This document shows positions 60,960 through 64,000 of a stretch of 64,000 nt of DNA, piece after piece (the first letter of the stretch is position 1; each line of letters opens with the position of its first letter). This DNA comes from Toensbergia leucococca (lineage: Eukaryota), in contig JALDZS010000009.1 in the NCBI GenBank assembly GCA_022813965.1, positions 1 to 64,000 on the forward strand, given 5' to 3'. Both the position numbers and the translations under genes were made by a program. The notes beneath the pieces are model-generated. The model did no database searches. It was not told where the DNA came from and saw only the letters and a program-made list of their open reading frames with translations.

Positions 60960-62578
60960 CAATCACGCATACTGGAGATACATGATGGAGGAAGTATGTC
61001 CCGTATGTGGTTTTGCCATGTTGCAAGTTGCAATTGGATATGAGGTCCGTCATATGCAGGGTTCTCGGGAGATCGTCACCTACCCCTCAATGCAGAGCCG
61101 CACTAACTATTTATGCGAGAATCTCGAAAACATGAAACGTTGGAATCACTTTTAGAGAATAGGTAGGACGATTTCTTGCAAGAATTCCACCCATTTGCTC
61201 TCAAAGCTTACAAAGTTCATTCAAAGGATGAAAGACATTACAACAGCGTCGAAACGTTGATTGTGAAGTATCAATTTGTATGATTAACATAAGCACTACT
61301 TCACACATACAGGCGTTGAAAGTGCAGTGAGATTCTAGTCTCCTGCTTGCCCATTCTACAAATTCCCGTATCGAGTCGTCTCGGTTCGAACCTTAGTAGT
61401 CTCAAATGATCTAACGCATCATTGCTGCTCATTTGGCTGAGATAAAGATGCCTCATATAATCCATATTTGTTGCTTTTTTGGGCTACACCCATGTCCTTT
61501 TCTCGGGGGTTTCCTTCACTGATATGTTGCTTTCAGCTGCCTTCGCTTGCTTTAGCTCTCTAGACTGAACGACATAATGCTACAACTATACAATGAACAC
61601 AAAATAAAAGCTCGCCCTCGTTCTGAATTCATGTAGTTTTAGTGAACTTTCATGAGGCTCACTGGCTGGCTGGGTGAGCAAATGAATCAATCAGAGCTTG
61701 TGACGGCAAAAAGAAAAAGAAGGCCGGCACCGTTTGGGGTGAGAGTTGTCCCCGAAGAAAACAGGCCTCGTAAGTCTTGAGACGACATTGAAACTATCAT
61801 CAGCTTGCCTCAAGGGCAGTCAAGAGAGAGGTCTTAGTATTACCGTCCAAATTCTAGTGATTGACCAATAACAATTTCACCTATAACTTGCGACACTGAA
61901 CACATAACAATAGTGTCTCAACCATGCGTCAGCGGCACTAAAGCAAAGAGACAATGAGAAAGAGAAGGGCAAGACATGTATTGAATATTTGTCTTGCTAC
62001 CAATATGAGTAATTCAACTATGCGAAAGGCGCAGCAGGCCTACAAATAAATGTTTACATCCTCACTTGAGTCAGCAATAGTGATATGTATGCAGGCATGA
62101 TGCAACGGAGTAAACATCAGTGGCCATCTTAGCATCGTTTTTGGAGAGAACGCTATGATGTTCCTATCATATTAGTCTTCTACCTAGCTCGGCTTCTTCC
62201 TACAGTTACCACTCGACTGCCTCTCCTCCCCTTCAACTGTACGCATCCTCTGCGACTAACTTCGGATTATTGCCTTGGAGATAGTGGTTTTCAAGATTCT
62301 CTCACAGGACTCTTGAAATGTCGCATGACATCGTGGTTGCTTGCTGCAATATAGCTTCCCCAGTGGCTTGGAGCGGAGGCTGGATTCAACGAAAAGCTCG
62401 AAGGCATTTATTGTTGCCTTGCTCCAAGCCAAAAGTTCCGGTTGCCATGTTGCGGTTTAGTTTCTGGCTTATTTCTCCTTGTGGGAGCGTGTCGTCTTTG
62501 CGTCTGTATTTCTTGGGTGTATCGAATCGACACTACTACCCTGCGATAATGTATGACAAGAACCCAACCGCTACGCCT

Positions 62579-63817
62579 TCAGAACCATTCGAGGAATTGC
62601 GTGCCTGCGTGTACTGGGGTAGTCTCCGAAACCGTCATTGCCGCCGCCGCCTCGGAAACTGCCATTGCCTTCTCAAATGCAAGAAAATTGAAGTATTGGT
62701 CGTCGTTCTCAAAGAAAAAAGTTTGGTCAGAGAGATCTGAACATGTCGGGTAGGAGGTTGCCTGGATATCATCCTTTCCTGGAAGAAGCATAGGCGATCC
62801 GTCTTCTGCATCGTCTATCGATGAGTCATCCTCTTCATCATCGTCATCCTCCTCCTCTTCCTGTTTCCCTTTTGGAGGTTGCCAGGTCTCTTCCAATTTC
62901 AACCCCTTTCCTAGGGGCTCACGTTGTAGATGGGCGATCTGGGTTAATGCATGGCTCTGAGTACTGTTTCCATGATCGTACAGACCCATACCCACTAATT
63001 CTTTACTTCTCTTCTTCTGAATTCGAGTCGTCGAATCTATATCTATCTCTTGCCATGGATCTAGGGGATATTGAATAGGAAGAAAATCTGGACTTGACGG
63101 AGCAATATAGGTAGGGAACATGGCGGAGACATGAGAGAAGTCTTGAGTTTGAGAAGTCCCCGATGTACAAGTACCATAGCCATAAGACAAAGGCATATTT
63201 GGGAACTGGCTCTGGGTGGCCGTATCAGCAGATGCATACGCGGAAGACGTGCCATTGCTAAGAGGACTAATCCCATAGTTTAGGTTTGATTGGTCGTACT
63301 CCTTGTGAGTAAAATCGGATCCGTTCGACATGATGAAGTCCGTATAATAGCGGGGTGCAATTACTCCTGAGTTGGCGAGGTGTGTCGAAGATACATTCTC
63401 ACGTAGGAGGTTATGATATAGGTACGTCTCAGCTGGTGTTTCGAGAGTAGTTGAAGCAGGATGCCAGCTCATTGGTCTCTCAGGTCCCCGTTGTCTGTCG
63501 TCGTCGCCATTACTATGCCAGCTGTTATGGTCTTGCGTTCGTGCAGCTTCGTGTTGTAAACCTGACGAGTTCCGCATTCTTGTGTGAGGCGCTATCGTCT
63601 TCCTTCGGTTGATGGCATGTGGACTATTCCCAACACTATTCGCTTTTGTGACCTTAGCCGCTCTCTTTCTTATCGTCGTTGAGCCGTTACTCGAGTTGCC
63701 CGAGAGTTGCCTGGAGAGCTGGGATCTGGCCATGTGGTAAGATACATCGTTGAGCATAACATCCAGATCGGCCAAAGCCATTGACCTGAGTCTATGATTG
63801 AAGTATATATTTGGCAC
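62579..63817 (-). CDS. Conserved fungal hypothetical protein (5' exon uncertain, may lie upstream)
   Basis: 412-aa ORF with RPMSWHP, KELVGMGLYD and GKGLKLEETWQPP motifs and an acidic tract. Confidence 0.75.
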   Translation of the reverse strand: MPNIYFNHRLRSMALADLDVMLNDVSYHMARSQLSRQLSGNSSNGSTTIRKRAAKVTKANSVGNSPHAINRRKTIAPHTRMRNSSGLQHEAARTQDHNSWHSNGDDDRQRGPERPMSWHPASTTLETPAETYLYHNLLRENVSSTHLANSGVIAPRYYTDFIMSNGSDFTHKEYDQSNLNYGISPLSNGTSSAYASADTATQSQFPNMPLSYGYGTCTSGTSQTQDFSHVSAMFPTYIAPSSPDFLPIQYPLDPWQEIDIDSTTRIQKKRSKELVGMGLYDHGNSTQSHALTQIAHLQREPLGKGLKLEETWQPPKGKQEEEEDDDDEEDDSSIDDAEDGSPMLLPGKDDIQATSYPTCSDLSDQTFFFENDDQYFNFLAFEKAMAVSEAAAAMTVSETTPVHAGTQFLEWF

Positions 63818-64000
63818 TGCCTGTCACATTCACAGGCAGCTTTGGAGTGTAGTGAAAGGAGACACGACGAGCCCGGACTTGGTGGGTTTGAAGAGCGCCG
63901 AATGAATTTGAGGAGAGATCTTTACGACTAGGAATCTTGACCGAACTCAGGGGACGTGTGGCGAGACAAAACAGATTAAAGAGAAAGGGAGGGCAAGTGG

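Noticed and set aside
1..64000. Antisense and alternative-frame ORFs overlapping called genes; CRISPR arrays; rRNA or snRNA genes
   Set aside because: The overlapping ORFs are shadows of real exons; no spacer-repeat array or rRNA/snRNA signature was seen.

Overview
Gene-dense, intron-rich chromosome segment of a filamentous ascomycete (Pezizomycotina; possibly a lichen-forming Lecanoromycete, which is inference only). Bases 1-2165 are an AT-rich, CpG-depleted transposon relic. About 29 protein-coding genes follow, mostly conserved housekeeping genes: DOT1, ATG16, YPT7, a DMT transporter, PUS4, an RFTS-domain protein, EBP2, HSBP1, PDI/tigA, GTPBP1, LSM3, AEP2, an arrestin, GPI12, a CorA transporter, MIP1, GLO2, DUF1264, RPS29, a RhoGAP, SNF4 and LAS1. 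The window also holds a tRNA-Gly gene, a tRNA-Ala pseudogene and an intact 693-bp non-autonomous DNA transposon with an 8-bp TSD. The most notable locus is 28.9-39.1 kb, where thymine 7-hydroxylase and iso-orotate decarboxylase (thymidine salvage) lie about 8 kb apart. Just upstream of the decarboxylase is a six-exon gene, largely missed by the ORF track, encoding a protein with a C-terminal Zn(II)2Cys6 cluster, twin homologous introns and a 33-aa tandem repeat. All gene calls and exon boundaries were read by eye; no database search was run.
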